DNA from: Lepidodermella squamata
Lineage: Eukaryota > Animalia > Gastrotricha
Direction: 5' to 3'
DNA: 64,000 bases
NCBI GenBank assembly: GCA_047495785.1
Contig: JBLDXI010000017.1
Coordinates: 1,364,001 to 1,428,000, forward strand
Shown here: one piece after another, positions 12,419-24,403 of the stretch
Numbering within the stretch: the stretch's first letter is position 1
Layout: each line of letters starts with the position of its first letter
Made by a program: the position numbers and the translations under genes
Notes under the pieces: generated by a model
Seen by the model: the letters and a program-made list of their open reading frames with translations, nothing else
Databases searched by the model: none
Told to the model about the DNA's origin: nothing

Positions 12419-15151
12419 TTAAATTCTGTCGACATGAACTCCGTTTGTATCGTCGGTCAGTGTTCTAGGCGATCTGCTAGTGTTGGCACTCATTAGGCCG
12501 GAACTGTCGGCGCCCAGGTCTGAAACTAGGACAACGTTGCCTTTCGCCGATCGCGTTGTTATGCTGTTGTTTGTGTTGTTGAAATAGCCCGATTGGCTGC
12601 CGGCTGATTCGCCAAAATGAATCACCTGGTGGTGCCGCCCGCCGCCCGAGCCAGACCGCGACGTCTGGCTCGACTCGAACATGCTTAGCGAGGTCTGCTC
12701 GTAGTAGCGCCGCCGGCGTTCGCTCCAACAGCCGAAGCAAAATCCGATGACGGCACATAACAGCCCGCTAAAATGGAAGAAAAAAATCAAAATTGAAGCA
12801 AAATTGAAATAAGAAGTGCTATAATGAACGAAACGAAATACTGATTCAGGCTGCCAAATTCAGAGCTTGAATTTAAAATTTTAAAATTCGGAAATCCCTT
12901 TTTAATAAAGGTTTCCCCTAATAATTTTTATATTTCGAATTGAGGATCTAAACAACTGAATATTACCAAGTTTAAGTTTAGCCGATTAACCGATAAATTC
13001 CTCAGTTGATTTCATCATAATCGGCAATCCACTGAGGAAGAATTAAACAAAATACCCTTGGATCGATCAAATGACTCGATAATATTGTTGATGTCGGTAA
13101 AATTGTGTAGGTAAAAGAAATAAAATTTCAATGTTTCCGATCCAAGTCAAAGCTCTCCGAAAATATTGATAGGCTAGAAATATTATACCATAAACGGCCA
13201 CTAAAATATTTGTCTCATAAGCAAAACAAGCAAAGGAGATACGAGGGAAAGGTTCAAATTCAAATGCCTAAGGGGCCTAATTGAATATCGTTAGCGACGC
13301 GCCAAAACAACCACTTTACTATTTATAGATTTTATGAGGAAAGTACGTTCGAAATGAGGATAAAATCGGTGCTCAAAAGGCCTAACGTACTTCACCATTA
13401 CGTTAGGCGACTAAAAGTACGATGGAATGACTCATCTAAGTGGTTGTTTTGGCGCGTCGTTAACGATATTACCTATGAATTTGGCCTCAGTCATAATCCT
13501 CAGGCCTAAGGGGCCTAAGGGGAATGCAGTAAAAACTACGGCATTGTTCAACCAGAAATAAATTCCGATTCAATCGGTAAATACCGTTAATTACCGCAAC
13601 AGTTGCCAAAAGATATTTTCGGGTTTTCCCCGGTAAATTAGAATTTTCTTAGATGAAATGTTGGTCAATTGGTCGGAAATGCCATTAATTTGGGGGGAAC
13701 TTGAAAAATGCTTGCACTACAACCTCCTTATGTGACACCCTGTATATTCGTTTTTCTCTTTTTCACCTCTTTTTAACTGATTTTCAGCCAAAAAATGAAG
13801 CCAAAGAGAAATATAGAAAACTATGATAGCTAGTTGATAGATCACGATGGACGACCTGCAATTATCATGCCTGAATAAGGTCTAGTACATCGCTAAGTTT
13901 CAGAAATTATGAACAATTTTCAAGTAAATTCCATTGGAGAAATTTAGACCAAGCCCAGGCGCGCATGCTACAGCGAAACAGTGAACCACGGCCTTTATCA
14001 TCCGACTTTCGCACCAAGTCTTGATTTCCGAAAAATTCATGATGGATCCGGAAACAAATTCTCAGAAATACGAAATTTGTTTGTCTCTTGTCTAAATCTT
14101 TTGGATCCCATATTATACCGATAACAATGAAAAATCGGTGAAAACAATTCAAATTTCTAGGATGGGAAGTTTAAGATCCCGCTACTTACTAATGCAAGCA
14201 ATCAGTTTAAAAGAATTCTGAAAAGTGTAAATAGCCATAAAATTCCTAAAGGCGTTATTTCTAAAAAAATATTTATTATCAACTCTCAAATTATTTAAAC
14301 GCAACTTACAACACGAGCATTCCTGCAATGGCGAGGACGAGGGCGAAATTTTCTAGCTGGCTGGTTTGCCAGTTGAGCGGGTTGTACCTGACGAAAAAGT
14401 CCTGATCTGAATCGTCGATAACCGTCGACTTCTGAATGCCGCCCACGCCGTCGCTGGGCGCCGGCGATTCATACGTTATCAACTGCGACATGGTCGTCGT
14501 TGATCTTAGCACAGCGTTCGATATCGAACTATTCAGCCCGGTGCGAACTAGCGTCGGAAAATGATGCCCGCCGCTCAGTAGCCGATTTGTCGTTTTAGGC
14601 ACCGCAGTCGTAACAGCGGCTTCGAACAACTCCTTAACAAATATAGCAACCGGCTGTGAGTGCGAAGTTGTAGGGGCTAAAGTGGTTGTAGTAAATGATT
14701 TTAAGGTGGCTGTAGTACCATCGCCCGCTGTTGATAAATCGCCGCGATTGGTGCTGTTGCTAGTAGTAGCAGGTAGAAATGTTGAAAAAATGCTCGCTAT
14801 GGTCGATGAAGCGAAACTTTTTAGCAGTACTGAAGTAGAAGAAACCGGCGCCGAAGTGGCGCTAATAGAATTTGCTGTACCCGGCGAAGCGGAGGAGAAT
14901 AAGCCGGCTGAGTAGCTGCTGGCGCTCTGATTGTGTTGGTTATTGTTAATATTAATGGAATTATTGTAGCTAATATCCAGGCTGCTACTACTATCGACCG
15001 GAAAACTGCTGGTGTTTAGCCACTGTGGCCATTCTGTTGTTGTTGTATTGCCTACTAGCATCTGTGAGGAATTAACCAGCGTTGTAAGCATCGCGCTAGT
15101 TATCGACGATGATGATGGTGACGATGATAAATCGGAACTGCTGGAATTCAT
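12419..15151 (-). CDS. Mucin-like Ser/Thr-rich single-pass membrane protein; exons 15151-14310, 12767-12419
   Basis: A phase-2 GT-AG junction rebuilds one TM helix (FALVLAIAGMLVFGLLCAVIGFCFGCW) followed by an RRRR stop-transfer. The ectodomain is S/T-rich with many N-x-S/T sequons. Confidence 0.75.
13284..13470. mobile_element. MITE-like element in the intron of the mucin-like gene
   Basis: 33-bp inverted repeats AATATCGTTAGCGACGCGCCAAAACAACCACTT (13284-13316) and its reverse complement (13438-13470), one mismatch; internal palindrome GCCTAACGTA..TACGTTAGGC; possible TA target duplication. Confidence 0.8.
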
Positions 15152-18100
15152 CGTCTATTTAACAATAATAATAATAATAACAGCAACACACCAGCAGAGG
15201 CGAAAATCTCTCAATGCGCGTGTGTAAATTCTCCCACTATTATTATTATTAAGGTGGCTAAAATATTGTGTGAATGAGTAGAAAAAAGCATACAATAAAA
15301 GGTGTGGTCAGGTAAGAACAATGAACAAGGAGCGGCTACTTTTCACGCCTTTTGTTCCGCTTGTGTTGTTATTGTTTTAAACGCTAGAAAATGACCAATA
15401 TCCGGTCGGATAATCATTACCGGCTCTATTGTGTCGAGTCGGATAATTTTGCTGCTGTCAAAAACGGGCCCACTATTAGGTCTTATATAGGTATTTGTAT
15501 TATTATTGTTATTTGCCTCATGATGTTGTTTGAAAATAAAAAGCTCGCGCGTTGAAGAGGGCACATTTTGACGCGTGTGAAAAAGTGGACACACGCGCGC
15601 GCGAAAAAACGCGTGTGGCATTTATTTTCGCGCTGCAAAATTACTCGCTCTTATAATATAACACCAAGGGTAATATGTTTATCACAGTGCTCGAGTCCAG
15701 AGGGCTGTTGGCTTGCCTGCTATTTTTATAGCACGCATGACTGCCGATATTAACATGCGATATGCGATGCTCCGATGAAATGTTTTTTACTGCGAGATTG
15801 ATCCACTCGAGAACTAACTACTGTCTCGTCGGGGCGTGTGAGATGTTATCAAATTTAGAGTGAAAAAAAATCGGGCGACAAAAAAATCGGCGGGCGAAGG
15901 GGCAAAAAACTGCAACTTGAGTAACTCAATCAACTCTCATCGCTGCGCATTTATCTCTAGTAGCCGATATAAAATAAGTGAGAAAAATATTGCCGATAAT
16001 ATTTCTTCGTGGCGGGAAGAATCTAAAATGTAAAAGTGCCTAGAAATAACAAACAAAGTAAAGGCACTGGGCCTGGCTACACCGATCAAGTTGTGTAGAT
16101 GATAGCAAAAATATTTACGGCACTTTATAAAGACGGCTATTATCGTGATCATTACACCGGATAAAAGATCGTGGGCCCGTCGCGTAAAAAATATCATAAA
16201 TATAATACGCTTCGCGCCACGTGTTTTGCGATTCCGCGCTCTTTATACGCGCATAATAAACAACCCCAGCGCTGATGCAGTTGAATATTATCATCATGAA
16301 AAAATCATTTAAAAAAAATTAAGGGCATCCTCGAGTGGGCATGGTCTAATATACTCTTGGGGGCAATCGGAAGATCTTATTGATTTATATAACTATTTCG
16401 AAGTCAAATAGTAATTTTCGGAGAATAAAATGGAGGAACGTTAGATTCTCATCGAACTAAAAAAGGATCAACCAGGACTATTTTGCACTGTGAACTGAAA
16501 ACAAATGGGCCTTATTTCTAATAAAAAAAACGGAGCCAAAGTTGACCGAAGCGGAACCAAATTTTGAATAATTTATTCGCCTAAAATTTTGTTTTCAAAT
16601 AAGTTTTATGATCAATTTTAAAGAGAAAATTCACGATTTTTTTCAAACTTATTCGAAAATCAAATTTTCGTTTGGTTCCAAGTTTTGAACTTTAGCTTCG
16701 CTAAAATATCTTCAGTATACGAACTCTACCAGCAAATTTTACGGAAGGGGAGGCAAAAAAATAAATCTTCAAGCAAAATACGATTAACTATGAAAATAAT
16801 TTCGAATTTTCAAGAAAATTACTCAGCGGGAATTTTATCGAGAAATGAAATGGGACTTTTTAATATAATTTTCATAAGTTGGCAAGATCACAGACAATAA
16901 TTTTTCAATTCAAGAAAAAAACCTAATTTGAAAATCAGGACAATGAATTAGTAAATCTAGGGCAAAATCGTCTTCGTTTTTAAAATTATGAAAAAATTTC
17001 GGTAAAATTGCGAGATTTTTTCTACGAAGTTTAGATCAAGAGTTGAAATGGCAAATGTCCCTTGGTTGGGGCCAAGACTAGGAATTCTGACCGCAATATG
17101 CGGAGCTAATAACAATTGGCTAATACGAAATTGGTGTGATATAATATTTTAACTATTTTGAAGTCAAATGTTGACTCGGCGGCCTGGCCTGGCGAGAACG
17201 TGTCATAATTGCGGTAAGCGGCTCTTGCCAGCCAGTTTGACATTTTTAAGGTGGCGCGACGAGAGCGCATCGAAGTGCGATGTTATTTTAGCAAACTAAA
17301 CGTGTTCCTTACTGTTTCAATACACACAAGACGTATAATATAGTCGGCGATAATATTGCGATAGACCTACGCGCCGAAAATGAAACGCGCATGACACGCT
17401 GCGTGTGCCGGCGGTTTATCTTTAAAGATGTACAACAATCATTTTTACAACATATCTTTCTTGGGCTCGCGCGCGCGACAGCTGTAACACACAACGGTGT
17501 GAAGTCGCTCTTACTTCTGCATCGCAAAAATTTCGAGTCTAAGAAGCTGATAAAACGAAAAAGGCTATTACCTTAATCACAATCATAATATTAATGAAAC
17601 TTGTGCCACTCGACGCTACTTGTCCGCTTTTAGGCATGCCGTATTGTTTTAATAATATCAAAACTGCAAAAGAATAAGTAAGCGATGATGGGTAGGTAGA
17701 GGTAAAAGTTGCACGCTCGTGTAAACATGACTAGTTGTAATACATTTTTGCGGCTGCTGCCGTGTGTTCGGCATGAAGTGGCGAGATGAGATTTCGCATC
17801 ACCAAAAAGAATGAAAAGACGCGCTCGGCAAAGAAACGCCCTCGGCTCAAGACACAGACGCGAAGCCGCGTAATTACTTAAGCCCGATATAAATATATAT
17901 TCATTACCGCACAACAAGAGTCCGATGAAACGGACGACGAGGCGTGTAAAGTGGCTTATTAAAAGGCCATATTGTTGCCAAATATATAGGTATAACGTAT
18001 AATAATTATTACCATCTTTTATTACATGCTACCAAGGTGGACACAACACAATAGGAATCTCAGCTCATTTGATGCGCACGACAGAAGCGCGCGCAGCAAA

Positions 18101-19021
18101 AATGGCCGAGATAGATGGCGAAAATAACGCATCATCTGCCTTAAAAAAGAAACCCGGCTTGCAACTCACACGGTATAATCATTGTTTTGTAGCTCAGGGT
18201 CGTCGTTTTAATATAACCAGGCGGAGAAAACACGCGAGCGCATCACATTCAGCGCATTTTGAGACTGCATTAAAATAATTTGCGCGAGAAATATTATACG
18301 GCGTGTTTATTAACACAAGAAGTCAGGCCTTTGTCTATGTGTAGTATAATAATAAATATTATGGTAAAAATAATCGTAACACAAGACGCGCGAGCGTGAA
18401 GAGGAGCGAAGAGACATGAGCGATAATGATGATAATGTCACCGTAATCTATATTTGTCGAGATTATTTCTACTATCACCAATAGCAGGCCAAATAGTAGA
18501 ATCCATAAATATTGGATTATTTATTCAAATAGGAATATTTCGTGTGGCGGATAAAACTAAAAATGCGTGCACCACCCTGCCTGCGTCTCGGGCAAAAATG
18601 CGATTATAAAATCAGAAAATCGACGCGCCAAGTAAATATCCGTAAACAAACTAAATAGTATGGGACACGTTTGTGGCCAAATGACCGGAAGTAAAAACAG
18701 ATCAGCCGTAAAAACCCGAGGACGAGATCAAGTCTCACATTTTTATTTTGTTCCTCTTTGTTATAAATGCATAATATAACCATGGCTCGGAAATGATAGC
18801 CATAACGATGATGGCGTTATAAACAAGACAAAGAATGATGAGAGAATAAAAAGAGACTATTTCACACGCGTGAAAAAAGAGAGAAAAACGAGACGCGCAT
18901 AAATTTATTGCGACGTCTCATGACGGCGCCTTTTTAGCACCGCAATAATAGTAACAATAAAAAGAAAGTGACTCCGACATGTCAAAAAAACAAAAGTAGA
19001 GAAGACTAAAAACAATGCATA

Positions 19022-22000
19022 CTAAGATAAAAAGTCAAAAACACTCGACTGCTGTGACTTGCCGCGTTTTGACGCCGAATTGCTGCTACCAGATGCAGAG
19101 TCGATTTTTCGTTTTCTGTCACTTGGCGATGACGCGTCGTCTGATGACATGACGATAAAAGGCCCGGATGCGCGTGATTTGAACCCTGGCGCCGCCATCA
19201 AATCTTCGGGTTTCGGATCAGCGCCGCCTGCCGATAAACCGGCCGTACTTTTGCGCTTGTTACCATTGTTACCACCCGAGACAGTTTGAGCTATTTTATC
19301 CAGCTCTTTTTGTTGAAGCCACGACAACATAGAGCCGTGAGAAATTCGTCGAGGGACAGCTGATGAGGTTGATTTTTCAGATACTACTGATACATTGGTA
19401 GCAGAGAATGAACTGTTGCTTGAGGCACCGGTGCTTTTGCGAATGGCTGAAAGGCCAAGTCGAACCAGTTGGCTCTCTTCTTTATTTTCGATGATAGCAG
19501 CAGTTTCAGTTTCACCGCCGGATAAAACTACCGTCGTTTGAGATTCGGAGATAGTCTAAAGAAAAAATCGAGAATTAAGTACTCTTTCTAATTTTAGATA
19601 TTATATAAATCTCATTTGCGCCTTACTGGTGGTGATTTTTGTATTTTTTTAGTGTTCGAATCGAAAAAATTGAGTGCCTCTACTTTAACCAAAGGCGAAG
19701 CTGCTGAAAAGCTGTTGAAATCTGAGCTGGAGGTCAAAGAAGTAAAGGGATTTTGATTTAGAGTTCACAGCTTCCGATGTAAAGGATTCTAACTTCAGTT
19801 TATTGATGGCTGAAGACGGCTTATTGAATCTCGACGGAACAGGCTCGATGAAATCCGGATTACACCCGACGCCAATTATTTTTTACCATATTATTGTGTC
19901 CACTGATTCACGATCATACGGGTTTTTTTAATTTTGACTACGAGCTCATGCTCAGGTGACCCTGCTCCAATTCCCAATGTTACTGGTAGACTATTCTGGT
20001 TTTCAACTCACTTACTGCTTTCCTTCGACTTATTTTACTGAAACATGTTCAGCGTAATATTTTGAACTTGTTGCGCAAACCATGAAAACAATTCGCATAT
20101 GGTGTTAAAAACCATCAGTAATCGATGCCGATTCCTGGAGAATTTGAAACGTAAGTTTTTGGGTCATTTATTTGATGCCTGGAAGATATGGTTCTGCGGC
20201 GAGTGTTTTCCGTAGAGTTCTGGTAAATGCCCAAAGTGCCCTTGCGATGACAATAACAATTGCCCAAGGTCTCGTAAAAAGTCTGACCAGAGAAAATTCG
20301 TGTCCAAAAAGCCGAGTATTTTATCTGATCAGGAACTATTTGTACTCGAAACTGACCAATTGCATGAAGACCTGTCACCGAAAAATGATTCGCAACGAAA
20401 TAAGTGAAATCGATCTGCGCAACTGAGGCGACCATCATCAAAGCGAAATACATTTCTGACGTTTTACAGTCTGCACTACCCGCCGAACGTAGCGGCATGT
20501 TATTGCTCGACTTGCCACTATATGCAACAGAAACTGAGTTGGCGTCTCTTGATAACTGATAATACTAGCTAGCGAGTCGGATAATTTTCTGAGGCATTCA
20601 ATACACAATTGACAATTACGAAAATGTCTGCTAGCAATACTCCACAGTCATTGTGGGTAAAGGTGGTAGACGCTGTCAGCAGAGTCAGAACTGTTGGATG
20701 TGAAGACATTGAAAAGTTTGTCGACGAAGTTGCTCGATTGCACGATTGCAAATGGTAAGAAATCACAATTTATGCTCCTTAAATGTGCCATCAGCATCTG
20801 ACTTTTCGCTAACGATTGGCGATACGGTTTTCAAGCCTACAAATGCCATTGTCACTCTGGGTTTCACGATTAACAACAAGCTTTCGTTTGTCGCTGGGGA
20901 CAAAAGTAAACCTCGGAAAGGCTAGTTTGCTTTGAAGCTCGTTGGTTAGAGAACAGCGATAATGATGGCTAGTAATTTTTTCTGGAAATCGATTTTGCTA
21001 CAGTAAACTCAATTTTAATTTCAAACGATGAGTCGAAGAATTTTCATGCAAAAATGCCATGTTTCTACTTTTAAACTCTGAAAATTCGATCACTACCAAA
21101 GTATCAAGTGTACGGGGTTACCCATCCCGCGTTACAATAGGCATCAAGGCAGCGAAATCCTTAAAAAAATAAAACTGACCTGCTCAGCACTTTGATTCTG
21201 AAGAAATCGTTCACGTTCAACGCGCTGTTTTTGCCACATGCTACTAAGCGAAGCACCAGTCACAGGCCCATTCGCGTCTAAAGCACCCAAGCCCAAATAG
21301 TCATCATCAGCGTGGGCATTCTCACCCTGCGATGCCAAATCTGTCCCGCCCATATCGCGCCACGCCTCTGCCCAGCGGAATCGCTTCAAACGCGGCCCGA
21401 CAGCATCGGCCAGATCAGCATCAGGAATGATAGCCTCCCTCAAGTGCAGCAAATCGCGCTCGTCTTCATCGATAACTTGCTTCATATGAATCGACTCGAC
21501 TTGTTTCTTCAACTGTCCAGCAGTTAATTTATCCAGCGCCTCGTCTTCAAATTCAGGATCAGTTTCGTATGAATCATCGTCGCTAGACCCTTCATCCTCA
21601 TCGGCTGATACTTTAGCAGCTTCTTCGTCAGATTCCGACAACTCGGCTTCATCTTCGAAGAATTCACGTAACATCTTTTTACGGTCTTTCTTTGCCTTCT
21701 TCAACTCGCGGTAATCTTCGCGCGAAATCGACTCGTCCTCCTCAAAATCTTCAGATGACGCCTTCTTCGGCTTACTACTGCCGTAGACGTGTTTCGTTTT
21801 CTTTGAGGCAACAGGAATTTCATCGACTTTTTCACTTGAATTTTCGCCTGTTTCATCTTCCTCGTCGCTAGGTGACTTCTGCACAGGCATGAAAGGCCCG
21901 GTACAAAGGCCGAGTAAATCGTCCATATCACTACCACCGACCGGCGCGTCGTCAGTATTCGAACCTGATTTCAACACATCAAACGGGTCGTTGTAGATAT

Positions 22001-24138
22001 TGAACAATTCTTTCGGCCTCGGCATATCAGGCGGCATCAAAACTGACGAAACCGAAGTGACTGATGGCTCTAAAACTGACTCAATTTGCGGCTTTGAATG
22101 TTCACTTTTCTCGTCTTCAATGATTAAATCAGGCAAATCGTCGTCATTATCGTCATTTTTCTCGTCATTTTCGCTATCGCTGTCGAAAGCTTTTTTTTCT
22201 CGCTTTTTTAAGGAGGACTTTTTCTTTTTCTTTGCGCTCGACCGCAAAATTTCTTCCTCCTCGTCCGAAGTTTCGCCTTCGTCGTCTTCAAGATCATCGT
22301 CATCACCTTCGTCCGATTCTTCGTCTTCAGAGCCACTTTTCACCTTTTCGTCCTGCGAGCAAATGCTGCCGTCATCGGTCGAAGCGCCGTCTTCCTCTCG
22401 ATGGCCTTCACTCGGCTCGTAATCTTCGTCTTCCGAGCCTGTTTCAGCCGCCTCTCTATTGAGAAAGGCTGAGGCTAAATTGACGTCCGCATTTGAATTT
22501 TTCGATTTCTTCTTCTTTTTCTTCTCGCGTTTAGCTTCTTCGGCTTCATCTTCATCAGTGATAGTTGTGTAGCTATCATTATCGGAATTATCACCCGGAT
22601 CTTCAACCGCCTCTTCCTCCTCAGCCTCCGCTTCTAATTCTTCGTCATTCTCCATTTTGAAGCGTTGAATGCGATCTTGAAGGCCCTTTTCCCGCAAAGC
22701 AGCCATTTCCTCCTGCAGCTGGCCTTTCACCTCGTTCCAGCTCGACGGCGGCGCCGTGTTTCCACCCGACTGGTCGTCATGCCCGACGTGGTGCGTTTTC
22801 CCGGCATTGTTGTGTTTTTTGAAGCGAGACATCAGCCACGCAACACCCGGGTTTACCGGCTTAACTGGTTCGACTGGTTTCTTCGCTACCGATTCGTCGA
22901 CAATTTCCAGCTCAATTTCATCGCTATCATCACCATCATCATCCATCGGGAGTGGTACCACTTTATGGACTGGTTCGGCGATGGGCTGGGTAGGAGTGTC
23001 GGGTTTAGCTTCGATGGCTATTTCGGGTAGATTATCATCGCAAGGGTCTGTTTCAGCCGGGATTTTCACCTCTTCTTGAGGCTGATTTTGCTTCTCCTCC
23101 TCCTCCTCTTGTTGCTTTCGTTTTGCTTCTTCGTTTTGCTTCTTCTTCTCTTCTTCGCGCTTTCGCTTTTCTTCGGCCTCTTTCTTTTTCTTTTCCTCGC
23201 TAAATATTTTCGACAATATTTTCATTTTTTGAGATAAATATAACTTTCTTACTTTTCCAATAGCTTCTTCACCTCAGGATTTACGGAAGCGACTTCAGCG
23301 AGAATATCGTCCAGATTTATAGGTTGGACAACAGCAATCGGAATATGCGATGGAGCTTCTGTAAAATCATTTTCAAGAGTTGAATTTCGGCTTCAATTAC
23401 AATTATTTTGCATTTCTTACCCCTTTGCACGCGCTGAGCATCATCGTGCATTTTCTGAACTTCCTTCTTCGACAGGCGCTTCGATTTTTTCAATTTACCC
23501 TCTTCGCCTTCTTCGTCTTCATCTCCGAATCCGTCGTTGGAGACTTCCCCATCGATGATTTCTAAATCTGGCAGCTCGTCGCCTGAATCCAGTTCGGCTT
23601 TCGATTTTTCTTTCTTCGACTTCTTCTTTTTACCAGATTTCGATACTTTTTCTTCATCTTCAGAATCGTCTTTTATCTTTTCCGCTTTCTTATGTTTAGA
23701 TTTCTTCGATTTCTTCGAAGTAGCGCCGGATTTCGACGGGCTGCCCATTGAATGATCATGCGTCTTCAGAGCTTCATGATCTTCGAGGAATGAACTGCCA
23801 TCCAGCTTCAACACATCGTCATCCTCGTTATTTTCATGCTCATTTTCCCGAATATTCAGCGCAGGCAGGGAGATAGAAGAGGCATTACTAGCTTTGTCAT
23901 CTTCGTCATCGTCCGCGAATAAATTAGCTCCGTTCTATTAATACTAGGATACTCCAAAAACAAGCAAGAAAAATCGACAACTTACAAAAACTAGCCAAGA
24001 TTTAGTAACAGGCTTCTCTGAATTTTCCTTATCTTCCTGTGGTTCTTTAGCTCGAGGACTGGATTCTAAGGCAGGACGCGATGGCTTGACGAATTCATCT
24101 TCAAGAGCCGGCAAGTCATTCTGGTCATCAACCTCCAT
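19022..24138 (-). CDS. CLSPN: Claspin (Chk1 mediator); exons 24138-23986, 23934-23421, 23358-23253, 23199-21180, 19555-19022
   Basis: All junctions GT-AG and phase-consistent. Chk1-binding motif MDDLLGLCTGPF, N-terminal HDDAQRVQREAPSHIP, Mrc1-like FFEDEAELSESDEE, acidic tracts, C-terminal SVFDFLS. Confidence 0.85.
20100..20950 (+). mobile_element. Degenerate non-LTR retrotransposon (RT) remnant in the last Claspin intron
   Basis: Broken frames give LINE-RT-like peptides SRVFYLIRNYLYSK (~20310) and TIGDTVFKPTNAIVTLGFTINNKLSF (20812-20889); many stops and frameshifts; the intron is 1.6 kb versus the usual ~55 nt. Confidence 0.5.
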
Positions 24139-24403
24139 CGAGCGACAAAATTTACGCCTAAAATTAAGAAAAAAATCGTAACGTTACTATCCTCTGTTTT
24201 ATTTTTGTTTATTTTCATCACCACCATTTATTTTTTACGGCTCAATATAATAAGGTATCGTAACAATAGAAAAGTAACAAGCATAAGACGACAAGTAGAG
24301 GCGCATCGAATTTTTTGTATAGAGCAGGCAATGGAATCGAAACGCAAGACAAGAAAATTAATAGAGCACAACACGTTTTGTTTCAGCAAGAAAGAAAGCA
24401 ATT

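Noticed and set aside
22000-23755. Plus-strand Ser/Phe-rich ORFs
   Set aside because: Antisense shadows of the Glu/Lys/Asp-rich Claspin exons.
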